Shown here piece after piece: positions 27,535-37,052 of a DNA stretch of 64,000 nucleotides. The notes beneath the pieces were generated by a model, which was given only the letters and a program-made list of their open reading frames with translations, searched no databases and was not told the DNA's origin. The DNA is from a virus. Made by a program: the position numbers and the translations under genes. Position 1 is the first letter of the stretch. Each line of letters opens with the position of its first letter. The stretch lies in IMG/VR virus record IMGVR_UViG_3300046170_000391; one strand, given 5' to 3'.

Positions 27535-28105
27535 ATTAGCTTTTGATAATAGCTGGCTAAATACATTAAAATTTGAAGAGCATTCAGATTGTGATTTAGC
27601 GGGTCATGTAAGTGCTATAGCTGTTAAAAGTGAGTCTGGAAAAGTATTTGATTTTTATAGGTCTGCTCCGTTAGAAATGCCTGAAGACTTTAAATATACT
27701 GCTTTGTATAGCAAGATAGAGGCAGTTAAAAAAATAACAGACTTTTTCCAAATAGAAACGACTAGAGTTAGGATACATCGACAACTACCGGGTCAAAGTA
27801 TTCCTATGCATACAGATGATAATAATATTAAAGCTACTGACTCTGATCACTATAGATTAAGAATGTTAACAGCACTTTCTGAAAGTGAAGATTTTAAATA
27901 CAGGTTTTCAGTAGATAATGAAATAGAAGAATATTCTCTTAAAAAAGGAGAAAGTATTATATTTGATCCAGATAAAGTAGCCCACGGTATGATTAATAAC
28001 TCTAAAACAGATATCAGATACTGTTTTGTTCAAATTTTTAAAGCATACCCAATATCGAACTGGACAAAAAAATTTATTAACGATGAAACAACAATAGTGT
28101 TATGA
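27512..28105 (+). CDS. Asp/Asn beta-hydroxylase-like 2OG-Fe(II) oxygenase
   Basis: IPMHTD...HGMIN...R. Confidence 0.7.
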   Translation: MLIRPKTKLAFDNSWLNTLKFEEHSDCDLAGHVSAIAVKSESGKVFDFYRSAPLEMPEDFKYTALYSKIEAVKKITDFFQIETTRVRIHRQLPGQSIPMHTDDNNIKATDSDHYRLRMLTALSESEDFKYRFSVDNEIEEYSLKKGESIIFDPDKVAHGMINNSKTDIRYCFVQIFKAYPISNWTKKFINDETTIVL

Positions 28106-28380
28106 ATAAAGACTTTGGAACCGCTTTTCATAAACCAAACGGTAATGCAGTAAAAGTAACTATAAATGAATTTAGAGATAAACTGTATTTACATATCAGA
28201 GAATATACAATGGACGGTGATACAGGTCAGTGGTTTCCTACAAAAACAGGGTTTTCTATACCTGCTGACGAAGTTAGCTCTCTAGTACCTTTACTAGAGG
28301 AGGCAGGGGACTTAGTAGCTAAAAAATATATATGGAATACCCAATTAGAATTAGATTTGGAGAATGAAAATGAGTATTAA
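28102..28380 (+). CDS. PC4/p15-like ssDNA-binding protein
   Basis: VTINEFRDKLYLHIREY...WFPTKTGFSI. Confidence 0.8.
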   Translation: MNKDFGTAFHKPNGNAVKVTINEFRDKLYLHIREYTMDGDTGQWFPTKTGFSIPADEVSSLVPLLEEAGDLVAKKYIWNTQLELDLENENEY

Positions 28381-28678
28381 AGCTTGGAGCGATGACCAAG
28401 AAGTTGAACTAATAAAAATGTATAATGAAGAAAATCAAAAAGACGTACATAAATTGGCTGAACACTTCTCAAAAGGTTATAGAAGTGTTATAAGTAAGTT
28501 AGTACAACTAAAAATATACGAAAAGCCAGAGATTTCAGAAGAAGATAAGTCTCAGACGGTTAAAGTCATGCTTAGAGAACTTGAAGATATTTTAGGTATG
28601 CAAGTTGAGGGTACTAATCTCAACAAAAAAGAAAATTTAAGTCAACTTTTAGAAGCTATTAAAAAGAGGATAGAATGA
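28370..28678 (+). CDS. T5 D3-like DNA-binding protein
   Basis: W..E..L..MY...RSVISKL pattern; position near PC4/ligase as in T5. Confidence 0.55.
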   Translation: MSIKAWSDDQEVELIKMYNEENQKDVHKLAEHFSKGYRSVISKLVQLKIYEKPEISEEDKSQTVKVMLRELEDILGMQVEGTNLNKKENLSQLLEAIKKRIE

Positions 28679-29244
28679 GAGAAAGACACGAAGAATACAT
28701 GAAACGTCGTTTACGTGAGGAAGAACAATTAGAAGATCTAGCTCATGATAGTAAGTATGTTTATGAGTCACCTGATGGGGGTAAAACTGTATACGCCCAT
28801 CCTTTTGGGCAACCTCTTACCAAAGTTATAATTAAATCTTCTCCTGAAGAGCAAAAGATATACGACTATCTTGATGTTAAGATTCCTGCTAAGTACCCGC
28901 AGCCAAAACAAAGAAAACCTAGTAAAGAGTTTAGTGAGGCTGTACAAAATTTATATTCCGACAATAAACCTAAAAATATTAAGTATAAATACAACGAAGA
29001 TGTTTTACTCAAAGAGTTCAAAACATACATAGACGCAACATATGGCGAGCATTATTCAAAAGATAAATTTCAAGCAACAGAGTTTATCATGGACGGAGGA
29101 CACGGTACAGGGTTCTGTATCGGCAATGTTCTAAAGTATGCTCAAAGATATGGTAAAAAAGGAACACGTGAAGATGCGCGTAAAGACTTAATGAAAGTAC
29201 TTCATTATGCACTAATGCAACTATATGTTCATGACTCTAAATAA
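28675..29244 (+). CDS. DUF3310-family protein
   Basis: HY, GFCIGNVLKYAQRYGKK, DLMKVLHY. Confidence 0.75.
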   Translation: MRERHEEYMKRRLREEEQLEDLAHDSKYVYESPDGGKTVYAHPFGQPLTKVIIKSSPEEQKIYDYLDVKIPAKYPQPKQRKPSKEFSEAVQNLYSDNKPKNIKYKYNEDVLLKEFKTYIDATYGEHYSKDKFQATEFIMDGGHGTGFCIGNVLKYAQRYGKKGTREDARKDLMKVLHYALMQLYVHDSK

Positions 29245-30346
29245 TAGAATTCTTTTCTTAAATTCTACCGCAGCAGGCTCTGTGTTTATACATCATTGTT
29301 TAGTAAATCAAATACCTTTTGTAAGTATTATAGCAGATGTCAAAGTACCTAATGTAAGAAAGCTAATAACACATTCTAAAAGTTATAAAAGTATATATGA
29401 AAAAGTTTCTGAGCAAAGTTCTTATACTATAGAGTATGAAAAGTTTTACAATCTAGACTTTTTAATTAAGTTCTTAGATCAATTAGGCTTTGAACCTAAT
29501 TTTATTGTAAGTCCTTCTGAATTACCAGAGAATCTAAACATTGAAGAGAAACTTAATGCTTTTTACGCATGTAATACTTATTTCGATAAAACAGCTAAGA
29601 AATTCTTTTTAGCAAAATCATACCAAAATCAATTATGTAAAGAAATAGGCATAAAAGTATTACCCAGTTATGGGGACTTACTATGCGTAAAAAGAGATTG
29701 CAAAAACCGTGGTTTGTCTGATGATATACCAAAATTTAGATGTGAGCCTAGTACTTACAAAGCTAAAGAAGGAGAATTCGTACAAAAGTGGGCTAAAAAA
29801 GAAGCTACATACGGTGTAAGGACTTATATAGATGATATAGGTAATTTTTATGTACTCTCTACAGTGAAATGCTTATATGAAAAAGAGTTACCTGTAACTA
29901 TTCTTGATCCTTATAAATTTGCTAAGAATGAAAATGAATTGATCCTAGACTATATTAGAAAATTATGCGGTAAAATTTACGTTAGAAATAGGTTAGTATA
30001 TTGGGAATTTATAAAAGAAAAAGGTGACGAAAATATATACCATCAAGACTTTAATTGTAGGCCGGGAGGTGATTTGCATCACCATAGGAGAGATATTACT
30101 GTGTTAGAAACAGACTTTCCTACAATACTTTTTGGAGGAGCCGAAAAAATTACACAAACTTTTAGAGTATTTAAGCAAGGAATAGTTCATTGTGTAGCAA
30201 AAAGACTAGTTGAAAGAGTTTCTGCAGAGAAAGTTAGAAAACTTATATGGTATGAAGACCCAATGATTATTGAAAATCCTAACGATCATATAACTCAAAG
30301 CTCTCCCGAAACCACTTTACTTCGACATGATGGTTTAGTCAGATAA
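29225..30346 (+). CDS. ATP-grasp-like hypothetical protein
   Basis: FVQKW, YWEF, DFNCRPGG. Confidence 0.45.
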   Translation: MFMTLNNRILFLNSTAAGSVFIHHCLVNQIPFVSIIADVKVPNVRKLITHSKSYKSIYEKVSEQSSYTIEYEKFYNLDFLIKFLDQLGFEPNFIVSPSELPENLNIEEKLNAFYACNTYFDKTAKKFFLAKSYQNQLCKEIGIKVLPSYGDLLCVKRDCKNRGLSDDIPKFRCEPSTYKAKEGEFVQKWAKKEATYGVRTYIDDIGNFYVLSTVKCLYEKELPVTILDPYKFAKNENELILDYIRKLCGKIYVRNRLVYWEFIKEKGDENIYHQDFNCRPGGDLHHHRRDITVLETDFPTILFGGAEKITQTFRVFKQGIVHCVAKRLVERVSAEKVRKLIWYEDPMIIENPNDHITQSSPETTLLRHDGLVR

Positions 30347-30390
30347 AAATATAACTTTCCCAATTGTTAACTTTAAGATATTATCTTTAT

Positions 30391-32133
30391 ATGAATTACA
30401 GAGAACTCAAACAACTTATCCAAAAACACAATCAAGCTTATTATGACAACTCAGCGTCTATGATTACAGATACTGAGTATGATCAGTTATATGATAAACT
30501 CGAAGCGATGGAAAAGGCACAAGGTTGGAGAGACCATGATTCCCCTACTAAACATGTAGGCGGGTCTGGGGGTAAGATTACGCATCCACATAAGCTCTAT
30601 TCTCTTCGAAAGGTTTACGATATTGCTGAAGTAGATGATTTTATGTCAGTCAAACTTCCTAAAATTGATGGAGCTAATCTAACTCTTATATATCGTAGAG
30701 GCAGATTGCGGATGGGATTAACTCGTGGTAATGGTGAGCAAGGCACAGATGTAACACACCTAGTTGGTATGTTGATTGGTGCTCCCGTAAAGATTGACAC
30801 AGAAGAAGATGAAGTTGTACTTAATGGTGAGTGTGTAACTGAGAATGATGTAGAAAATTATCGTAACTATGTGAGTGGCGCACTCGGACTTGATAGGCCT
30901 GGTGAGTTTGCGGAACGTAATATAAAATTTATTGTTCATGATTGGTTAGGCGTCAATATGAACTATACAACACGTATGAAAATTGTTAAGAACATGGGAT
31001 TCTATACTGTTCTTGATGATGAATCTTGGAACTACCCACAAGACGGTGTAGTGTATCGTACAGACTCTTGGGAACAAGAGCGTAGTCTTGGTCACACTTC
31101 AAAATATCCAAAGTTTGCAGTAGCTCTAAAAGAGCGTGAAACGCAAACAGCAATAACAATGCTAAAAGCAGTACAATGGACTATTGGACGCACAGGTCAA
31201 GTTAGTCCAACAGGTATTATCGACCCTGTAACTCTTGACGATGCAGAGATTAGGCGTGTAACTCTTCATAATATTGGAATTATTCAAGAGCACAATCTTG
31301 GTCTAGGTGACATGATTGAGATTGAACGTGCAGGCGGGGTGATTCCAAAGTTTCTAAGAGTTATAGAACACTCACTACACAATGAAAAGATTACAAAACT
31401 ATCTGCTGAAAAGGCCATAGGAGCAACTACAAAGCGAGATGGTCCTAGACTAGTGGTCGCAGATAAGAATAATATAAACACATCAAAAGTTTTAGAACAT
31501 TTTATCAAAACTATTGATATTAAAGGATTAGGCCCAGCCTCTGTAAAGAAGTTAGGCTTAACACACCCAGTCGATCTATTTGATGGATTTTGTGACTGGG
31601 ATAAGCTTGGTGCTAACGGCATCAAAGTGGAAGCTGAGATAGAAAGAACAAAGACTAAACCTTATGAAATTGTTCTTGCATCCCTTGGCATACCTGGACT
31701 AGGAAGATCTGCTAGTAAACTTGTTATTAGTAAGATTCCCGCGTTCAGAAATCTAAGAGATATTGAAACCACTTATATAAAAGGTATTGGTCCATCGACG
31801 ATAGAATCAGTACTGTCTTGGCTTGAAGAAAACGAGGACTGGGTACTAACCTTGCCTCTCCAACTGGAACAGAATGTGACAGTTGAAGAAGTAGTTGGAA
31901 CCCCTGCTCGTAAAGTATGTATTACAGGTAAGATGGATATGACGCGAGGTCAACTGTCAGATATACTGCAAGAAAAAGGATTTAAAGTTACTTCAACAGT
32001 CACTAAAGATTGTTACGCTTTAATAACCGGCGGAGATACTACATCTTCTAAATATAAAAAAGCAGTAACTCTAGGAGTAACCATTGTGGACTATTGGTCA
32101 AGCAAAAAGGATGTGATATCTGGTGATTTTTAA
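30391..32133 (+). CDS. ligA: NAD-dependent DNA ligase (single chain)
   Basis: YY...ITDTEYD domain Ia, KIDG, DGVV, VALK, GRTG, TLHN, RAGGVIP, HhH and BRCT. Confidence 0.93.
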   Translation: MNYRELKQLIQKHNQAYYDNSASMITDTEYDQLYDKLEAMEKAQGWRDHDSPTKHVGGSGGKITHPHKLYSLRKVYDIAEVDDFMSVKLPKIDGANLTLIYRRGRLRMGLTRGNGEQGTDVTHLVGMLIGAPVKIDTEEDEVVLNGECVTENDVENYRNYVSGALGLDRPGEFAERNIKFIVHDWLGVNMNYTTRMKIVKNMGFYTVLDDESWNYPQDGVVYRTDSWEQERSLGHTSKYPKFAVALKERETQTAITMLKAVQWTIGRTGQVSPTGIIDPVTLDDAEIRRVTLHNIGIIQEHNLGLGDMIEIERAGGVIPKFLRVIEHSLHNEKITKLSAEKAIGATTKRDGPRLVVADKNNINTSKVLEHFIKTIDIKGLGPASVKKLGLTHPVDLFDGFCDWDKLGANGIKVEAEIERTKTKPYEIVLASLGIPGLGRSASKLVISKIPAFRNLRDIETTYIKGIGPSTIESVLSWLEENEDWVLTLPLQLEQNVTVEEVVGTPARKVCITGKMDMTRGQLSDILQEKGFKVTSTVTKDCYALITGGDTTSSKYKKAVTLGVTIVDYWSSKKDVISGDF

Positions 32134-32177
32134 TATATTTAATAATGACCACGAAAGCAGATGCTGTCACATTTCAG

Positions 32178-32206
32178 TTGCTTCTCATAAAGTTTTTCTG
32201 TAATAT
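32178..32206 (+). promoter_or_regulatory. Sigma70-type promoter
   Basis: TTGCTT-N17-TAATAT. Confidence 0.65.
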
Positions 32207-32280
32207 CTATATATAAAGTCAAGAGAGACAGTAATCTCTTGGAAACATTCAATAACTAAATGATCGAGGGGATCAACAAT

Positions 32281-32964
32281 ATGTCAAAATTTGAATATAC
32301 TGAAGATATGGTAACCCGCATGCACGATGTAGCTGCATCAGGCGTTACCGAAGAATCAATCGAAGGTCTTATGACTGAATTCGATTTTCCACGTCGTTCT
32401 GTAACTGCAAAGCTTCGTAAGCTTGGTTACGACGTACCTAAGAAGCCGGGCGCAGCTCCTGTTTTCTCTGCTGATGAGACAGACGCACTTGCTTCATTCT
32501 TGAATGATAATTCAGGAAACATGACCGCAGAAGAAATTGCTGAAGGATTCATGAGCGGCAAATTCACTGCGCGTCAGATCAACGGTAAAGCACTTTCATT
32601 GGAAATGACTTCACATGTGAAGCCAGCTGAAAAGAAAGTAACTCCACGTACTTACTCTGAAGATGAAGAAGCTAAGATCAGTGATATGGTCGAAGGTGGT
32701 TCTTATCTTGAAGAAGTTGCAGATGCAATGGGTCGTTCAGTCAACTCAATTCGTGGTAAACTGTTGTCAATGGGTCTTAAAGCTCCACAGCGTGATAAGA
32801 AGGCTGTTAAGTCAGATCCATATGAGGGTATCGAAGATATGCTCGACCAAACTGTTGAAGAGATTGCAGAATCATTCGACAAAACAGTACGCGGTGTAAA
32901 GACTGTTCTTACACGCCGTGGACTTAGCTGTGCAGACTACACTCCGAAAGCTGCTGGCGAGTAA
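32281..32964 (+). CDS. D5: T5 D5-like DNA-binding transcription regulator
   Basis: RSVTAKLRKLGYDV, QINGKALSLEMTSHVKPAEK, RGVKTVLTRRGL closely match T5 D5 as recalled. Confidence 0.85.
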   Translation: MSKFEYTEDMVTRMHDVAASGVTEESIEGLMTEFDFPRRSVTAKLRKLGYDVPKKPGAAPVFSADETDALASFLNDNSGNMTAEEIAEGFMSGKFTARQINGKALSLEMTSHVKPAEKKVTPRTYSEDEEAKISDMVEGGSYLEEVADAMGRSVNSIRGKLLSMGLKAPQRDKKAVKSDPYEGIEDMLDQTVEEIAESFDKTVRGVKTVLTRRGLSCADYTPKAAGE

Positions 32965-32991
32965 TTAATACTCACAATTGTGAATATTAAT
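32964..32991. repeat. 28-bp near-perfect palindrome
   Basis: ATTAATACTCACAATTGTGAATATTAAT, one mismatched pair. Confidence 0.8.
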
Positions 32992-32993
32992 AG

Positions 32994-33024
32994 GGGATGG
33001 CGGTAACGTCATCCCTCATCTTTT
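32994..33024 (+). terminator. Probable intrinsic terminator
   Basis: GGGATGGCG-GTAA-CGTCATCCC hairpin followed by TCATCTTTT. Confidence 0.6.
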
Positions 33025-33336
33025 ATGACAGAAAAAACTTTTATACTTGAATCCTTACCTGACGAAGCCTTAGATGCTATACTGTCTCTTCCTCCAGAGG
33101 CCAAGGACAAGTACTTTTCAAAATTAGCATCTAAGCAATACCCAAAGATGAATAAAGACTCAGATCAGTTTAAAGACCTTGTAGAAACTTTTATTAGTTC
33201 ATTTTATATTGAAAAATTGTACAGAACTAATAGATTCTTTAATGAGAAGTTTACTCCGGTTTACACACAAAGCGGACTTATCAGAAACATTATCGCTGAT
33301 ATTTATTTTACCGATGACGACTTAATCACCCACTAA
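33025..33336 (+). CDS. Hypothetical protein
   Basis: 103-aa ORF. Confidence 0.55.
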   Translation: MTEKTFILESLPDEALDAILSLPPEAKDKYFSKLASKQYPKMNKDSDQFKDLVETFISSFYIEKLYRTNRFFNEKFTPVYTQSGLIRNIIADIYFTDDDLITH

Positions 33337-33351
33337 TAAACAACAATCAAT

Positions 33352-33380
33352 TTGCACTCTTCTCTGTTTTTTGTTATTAT
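33352..33380 (+). promoter_or_regulatory. Sigma70-type promoter
   Basis: TTGCAC-N17-TATTAT, then SD AGGAG. Confidence 0.65.
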
Positions 33381-33403
33381 ATACAAAATAACAGGAGATA
33401 TGT

Positions 33404-34168
33404 ATGGCTGAAATCACAGAAGCAAAAATTCGCCAAGCAGTCTGGATGATCAAAGCAAAAAAGACTAAAAAGTCTATTTGTGAACATCTAGGTATTGCTT
33501 ATAATACAAAGCGTTTAGATCAAATCATTACCGACTTTTTTGCTAAAGAAGAGCGCGAAAAAGAACTACGTAAAAAAGCCTCTAGAAAAATATTTACTAA
33601 AGTAGAGAAGCAAAGTATTGCTGATCACTATCTAGAAGGTGAAACTCAGTCAGCAATCGCAAAACAATACTACATTACGCCTGCACGTGTTAAAAAGTTC
33701 CTAATGGAAATGAACGTGCCTATTCGTGCGCGTGGAAAAAATAAAGAAGCACAAACAGACCATATTATACAAGATTTAGAAGTCCGTTTTAAAGAGGGAG
33801 AGCGCGTATTTCTTGCTGAGAAAAACTGTTTTGCGGAAGTTCGTGAAGTATATGATGAAGACTGGTTAGACACTCATGAAAATGGGTTTCAAAAATATGT
33901 AGAAACATACCCTTTTAAACCGGGACGTAATGGCATGGCTGGTAGATACGCTGAACCAGCACATGGAATACACTATGAAATATATTGGATGCTAGAAGGT
34001 GAAGTTTTACCTACACGTAAACTAAACGCCTTCTTGCGTCAGCGTGAAAAAGTAAGTAAAATAATTGAAGAAACGGGTAGAGAATCCTATTTAGTATATC
34101 GTAAAGATGACTACGGAGGATATATGAGCGTTACTCGTGATAAACTATTTCCAGTCAAGGCTACTTAA
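33404..34168 (+). CDS. HTH-containing hypothetical protein
   Basis: TKKSICEHLGIAYNTKRL and QSAIAKQYYITPARVK. Confidence 0.55.
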   Translation: MAEITEAKIRQAVWMIKAKKTKKSICEHLGIAYNTKRLDQIITDFFAKEEREKELRKKASRKIFTKVEKQSIADHYLEGETQSAIAKQYYITPARVKKFLMEMNVPIRARGKNKEAQTDHIIQDLEVRFKEGERVFLAEKNCFAEVREVYDEDWLDTHENGFQKYVETYPFKPGRNGMAGRYAEPAHGIHYEIYWMLEGEVLPTRKLNAFLRQREKVSKIIEETGRESYLVYRKDDYGGYMSVTRDKLFPVKAT

Positions 34169-35556
34169 TGGCAATTGATTTACAAAAACTGACTCTGCGT
34201 AGATTATTAGATACGCAGAGTAACGATCTATACTCTAAATTACTGAATCAGTATTTCACAGGTATCAATTCGGTTCTATATGATAAAATCAAATCATTTT
34301 ATAAAGCTAATACTCGTTTGCCTTCTACAGACGAGATTTTAACGTTGCGTAAAGATGCAGGTCTTCAAGAATATATTGAAAATCAAATATGTGCAGAAGA
34401 TAATCACAACGAGCAAATTGCAGATGAATTTCTAGTAGCGCAACTTCAGGATTATTACATCAGGGATGAGACTATTCATTTTATGGATAAGTTTATAGAT
34501 CAGATGGATAATATGGAAAAAGTTGAAGTAGTAGATAAATTTCAAAATCATTTGTTACACCTAAATCAAGCTATTCCTCATGATGATGAGCTTTATGATG
34601 TAGCGGAACTTGAATTTTTTCCTAGCGAAGACGACTTTAAAATTTATCCTTCAGGATTATCTAATGAATTCGACTCAGTTAATGGAGGATTTGCAACACA
34701 AGAGCTTGTAATGCTAGGTGGTCGACGTGGATCAGGTAAGTCTATTATCTCTTTAAATCTTGCTTTAAATAGGTTCTTGCAAGGAAATACAGTAGCCTTT
34801 TTTACTATTGAAATGCGATATAAAGAAGTTTATGACAGAGTACTGTCGATTATATCTGGTGTACCTTTTCTTGATATTTTTAGAAATCAGCTAACAGACG
34901 GTCAGAAGATTCAAATGGCTAAGTCTAAATTTGAAAATTTCTACAAACCATCAGATAAAATAACTGAAATGATTAGTGAGTTAGGATACACCAAAGACTT
35001 TAAGAACTTCGAGAAAAGAGTTAAAATTGAAAGACCAGAACTTAAAGATAATAGACTATTTATGATTGACGATGAATCTCTTACTCTTAATCGTATTGAT
35101 CACTATTGTAATATGTTCTCATCTAAGTATCCGAACTATAATATGGCAGTAGTCGATTATGTAAATATTATTAAACATGACGATCAAAAAGATTGGAAAA
35201 CACAAATTACTATTGCAGATAATCTGAAATCTTTATCAAGAAAATATGATCTCACTATGATATCGCCTTATCAGATTGATGCTTCTGGAGAAGCTAGATT
35301 TGCAAAAGGTATTCTTGATGCAGCAGATCGTAGCTTTAACTTCTTTCCTCCCCCAGAAGATTCAGATAGAGAACTAGAAAGTAAAATATCAATTCATACT
35401 ACTAAGATGAGAAACGGTAAACATATGAGTTTTGATGTTCTCATGGATTGGAGTTGCGTTAAGATTAATCCAAATTCTTCTGAATTAATTAGTGAAAAAC
35501 CGCACAATGCTGTAAAGTTCGGAACTGATAAGCAGGAAGGTGCGAAAGATTTATGA
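34168..35556 (+). CDS. DnaB-like replicative helicase (T5 D6-like)
   Basis: GRRGSGKS, FTIEM, VVDYVN, PYQID, KMRNG. Confidence 0.88.
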   Translation: MAIDLQKLTLRRLLDTQSNDLYSKLLNQYFTGINSVLYDKIKSFYKANTRLPSTDEILTLRKDAGLQEYIENQICAEDNHNEQIADEFLVAQLQDYYIRDETIHFMDKFIDQMDNMEKVEVVDKFQNHLLHLNQAIPHDDELYDVAELEFFPSEDDFKIYPSGLSNEFDSVNGGFATQELVMLGGRRGSGKSIISLNLALNRFLQGNTVAFFTIEMRYKEVYDRVLSIISGVPFLDIFRNQLTDGQKIQMAKSKFENFYKPSDKITEMISELGYTKDFKNFEKRVKIERPELKDNRLFMIDDESLTLNRIDHYCNMFSSKYPNYNMAVVDYVNIIKHDDQKDWKTQITIADNLKSLSRKYDLTMISPYQIDASGEARFAKGILDAADRSFNFFPPPEDSDRELESKISIHTTKMRNGKHMSFDVLMDWSCVKINPNSSELISEKPHNAVKFGTDKQEGAKDL

Positions 35557-35996
35557 ACGTAGTTTTGGTAACTGGAGGATTTGACCCTATACATTCCGGT
35601 CATATTGCGTATTTTAAGGCGGCACAAGAACTAGGTGATGAATTATGGGTAGGTATAAATAGTAATGAGTGGCTTATTCGTAAAAAAGGTAAGTATTTTA
35701 TGCACTTACGTGAGCGAGCTATTATTATAAAAAATCTACGTATGGTTGATCGTGTCATTACGAACTTTGACGATAGTAATGATAGTGCGAGTGGAGCAAT
35801 ACACAAAGCATATACTTTAGGAGCGGAACACATTATATTTGCTAATGGCGGTGATAGAGGTAATGCTAACACACCAGAACAGTATGATTTTAGATACACA
35901 CCTAACATAGAATTTATATTCGGAGTAGGTGGAGAAGATAAGAAAAATTCATCAAGTAAAATATTAAGGGAGTGGGAAAATGACAGCAGCAGCTGA
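35553..35996 (+). CDS. Cytidylyltransferase-like (HIGH) protein
   Basis: TGGFDPIHSGH, FANGGDR, KKNSSS. Confidence 0.85.
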   Translation: MNVVLVTGGFDPIHSGHIAYFKAAQELGDELWVGINSNEWLIRKKGKYFMHLRERAIIIKNLRMVDRVITNFDDSNDSASGAIHKAYTLGAEHIIFANGGDRGNANTPEQYDFRYTPNIEFIFGVGGEDKKNSSSKILREWENDSSS

Positions 35997-36207
35997 AATA
36001 CGAAAAAATATACTAACCGATAGAATGGATCAGTTACAAGCCTTTATGGAAGCAAATCATCACATGAAAAATGAGGCAGGTAATCAAGAAGTTTGGGATC
36101 TAATACTTAAGTTACAAAGATTTTGGGGAGCAATGGGTGACGAGGATAAGGATTATATAGAAGTCGCTAAAGTTGCTGTATTGGAGAGACGTTCTTGGAA
36201 CTTATAG
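35980..36207 (+). CDS. Hypothetical protein
   Basis: 75-aa ORF in operon. Confidence 0.5.
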   Translation: MTAAAEIRKNILTDRMDQLQAFMEANHHMKNEAGNQEVWDLILKLQRFWGAMGDEDKDYIEVAKVAVLERRSWNL

Positions 36208-37052
36208 AGTTATTAAATCATAGAGGGATAGAGTATAGAAAAACAAATAATCCTTCAGAGATTCTAATATCATGTACTAGTGGTGAACATATAGATAAAT
36301 CTCCTAGTTTATCTTATAATTTAGATAAGAATATGTTTCACTGTTGGAGTTGTAATTTCAGCGGAGGCATAACTAAGTTTATGGCTTCTATTGGAGAAAC
36401 TATAGTACTGGACGTTGACAGTAAACAACCGTATAAAATTAAAAAACTTAAAGATAAATTAAGAAAGATTATCGAAATTGATGATATACACTTACCAACT
36501 GAACGCAAGATCTTTGCAGGAGAATTTAAACAAATTGATGGCAAAACCCTAAAAGAATTTCAAGCTTTTACAACAGATCAGATGGGAATGACAGATTACA
36601 TTTGCTTTCCGGTCTATCAATTTGGTAAACTTAAGTTCATAGAAGGAAGATTATCAAAGAATATCAGCGGTAAACCTAAATATTATCGTCGCCCACAAGC
36701 TGCCGCTGTTGCAGATTGTTTATTTCCTTTAGATAAAGTTAAAAACACTAATTACGTAATCTTAGTAGAAGGTATATTTGATATGCTTAATATGTGGCAA
36801 CTTGGATATCATAACACTCTTTGTATATTTGGTGCTACTAATTTTGGTCGTAAGAAATTAGAAATATTAGACAGAATTGGCGTTACAAGAGTAGATATAT
36901 TAATGGACCCAGATGCTCCAGGTCAAATGGCGGCAGGTAAGATAGCTGACGCACTTGATTCTAAAAACATTTTCTCTAGGAACATTAAGCTACCATTAGG
37001 TACAGACCCCGGCGATTTAAACAAGAGACAAGCGGAGAAATATTTAATATGA
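36195..37052 (+). CDS. DNA primase (Zn finger + TOPRIM)
   Basis: C..H..HCWSC, VEGIFD, MDPDAPG, DPGD. Confidence 0.88.
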   Translation: MELIELLNHRGIEYRKTNNPSEILISCTSGEHIDKSPSLSYNLDKNMFHCWSCNFSGGITKFMASIGETIVLDVDSKQPYKIKKLKDKLRKIIEIDDIHLPTERKIFAGEFKQIDGKTLKEFQAFTTDQMGMTDYICFPVYQFGKLKFIEGRLSKNISGKPKYYRRPQAAAVADCLFPLDKVKNTNYVILVEGIFDMLNMWQLGYHNTLCIFGATNFGRKKLEILDRIGVTRVDILMDPDAPGQMAAGKIADALDSKNIFSRNIKLPLGTDPGDLNKRQAEKYLI

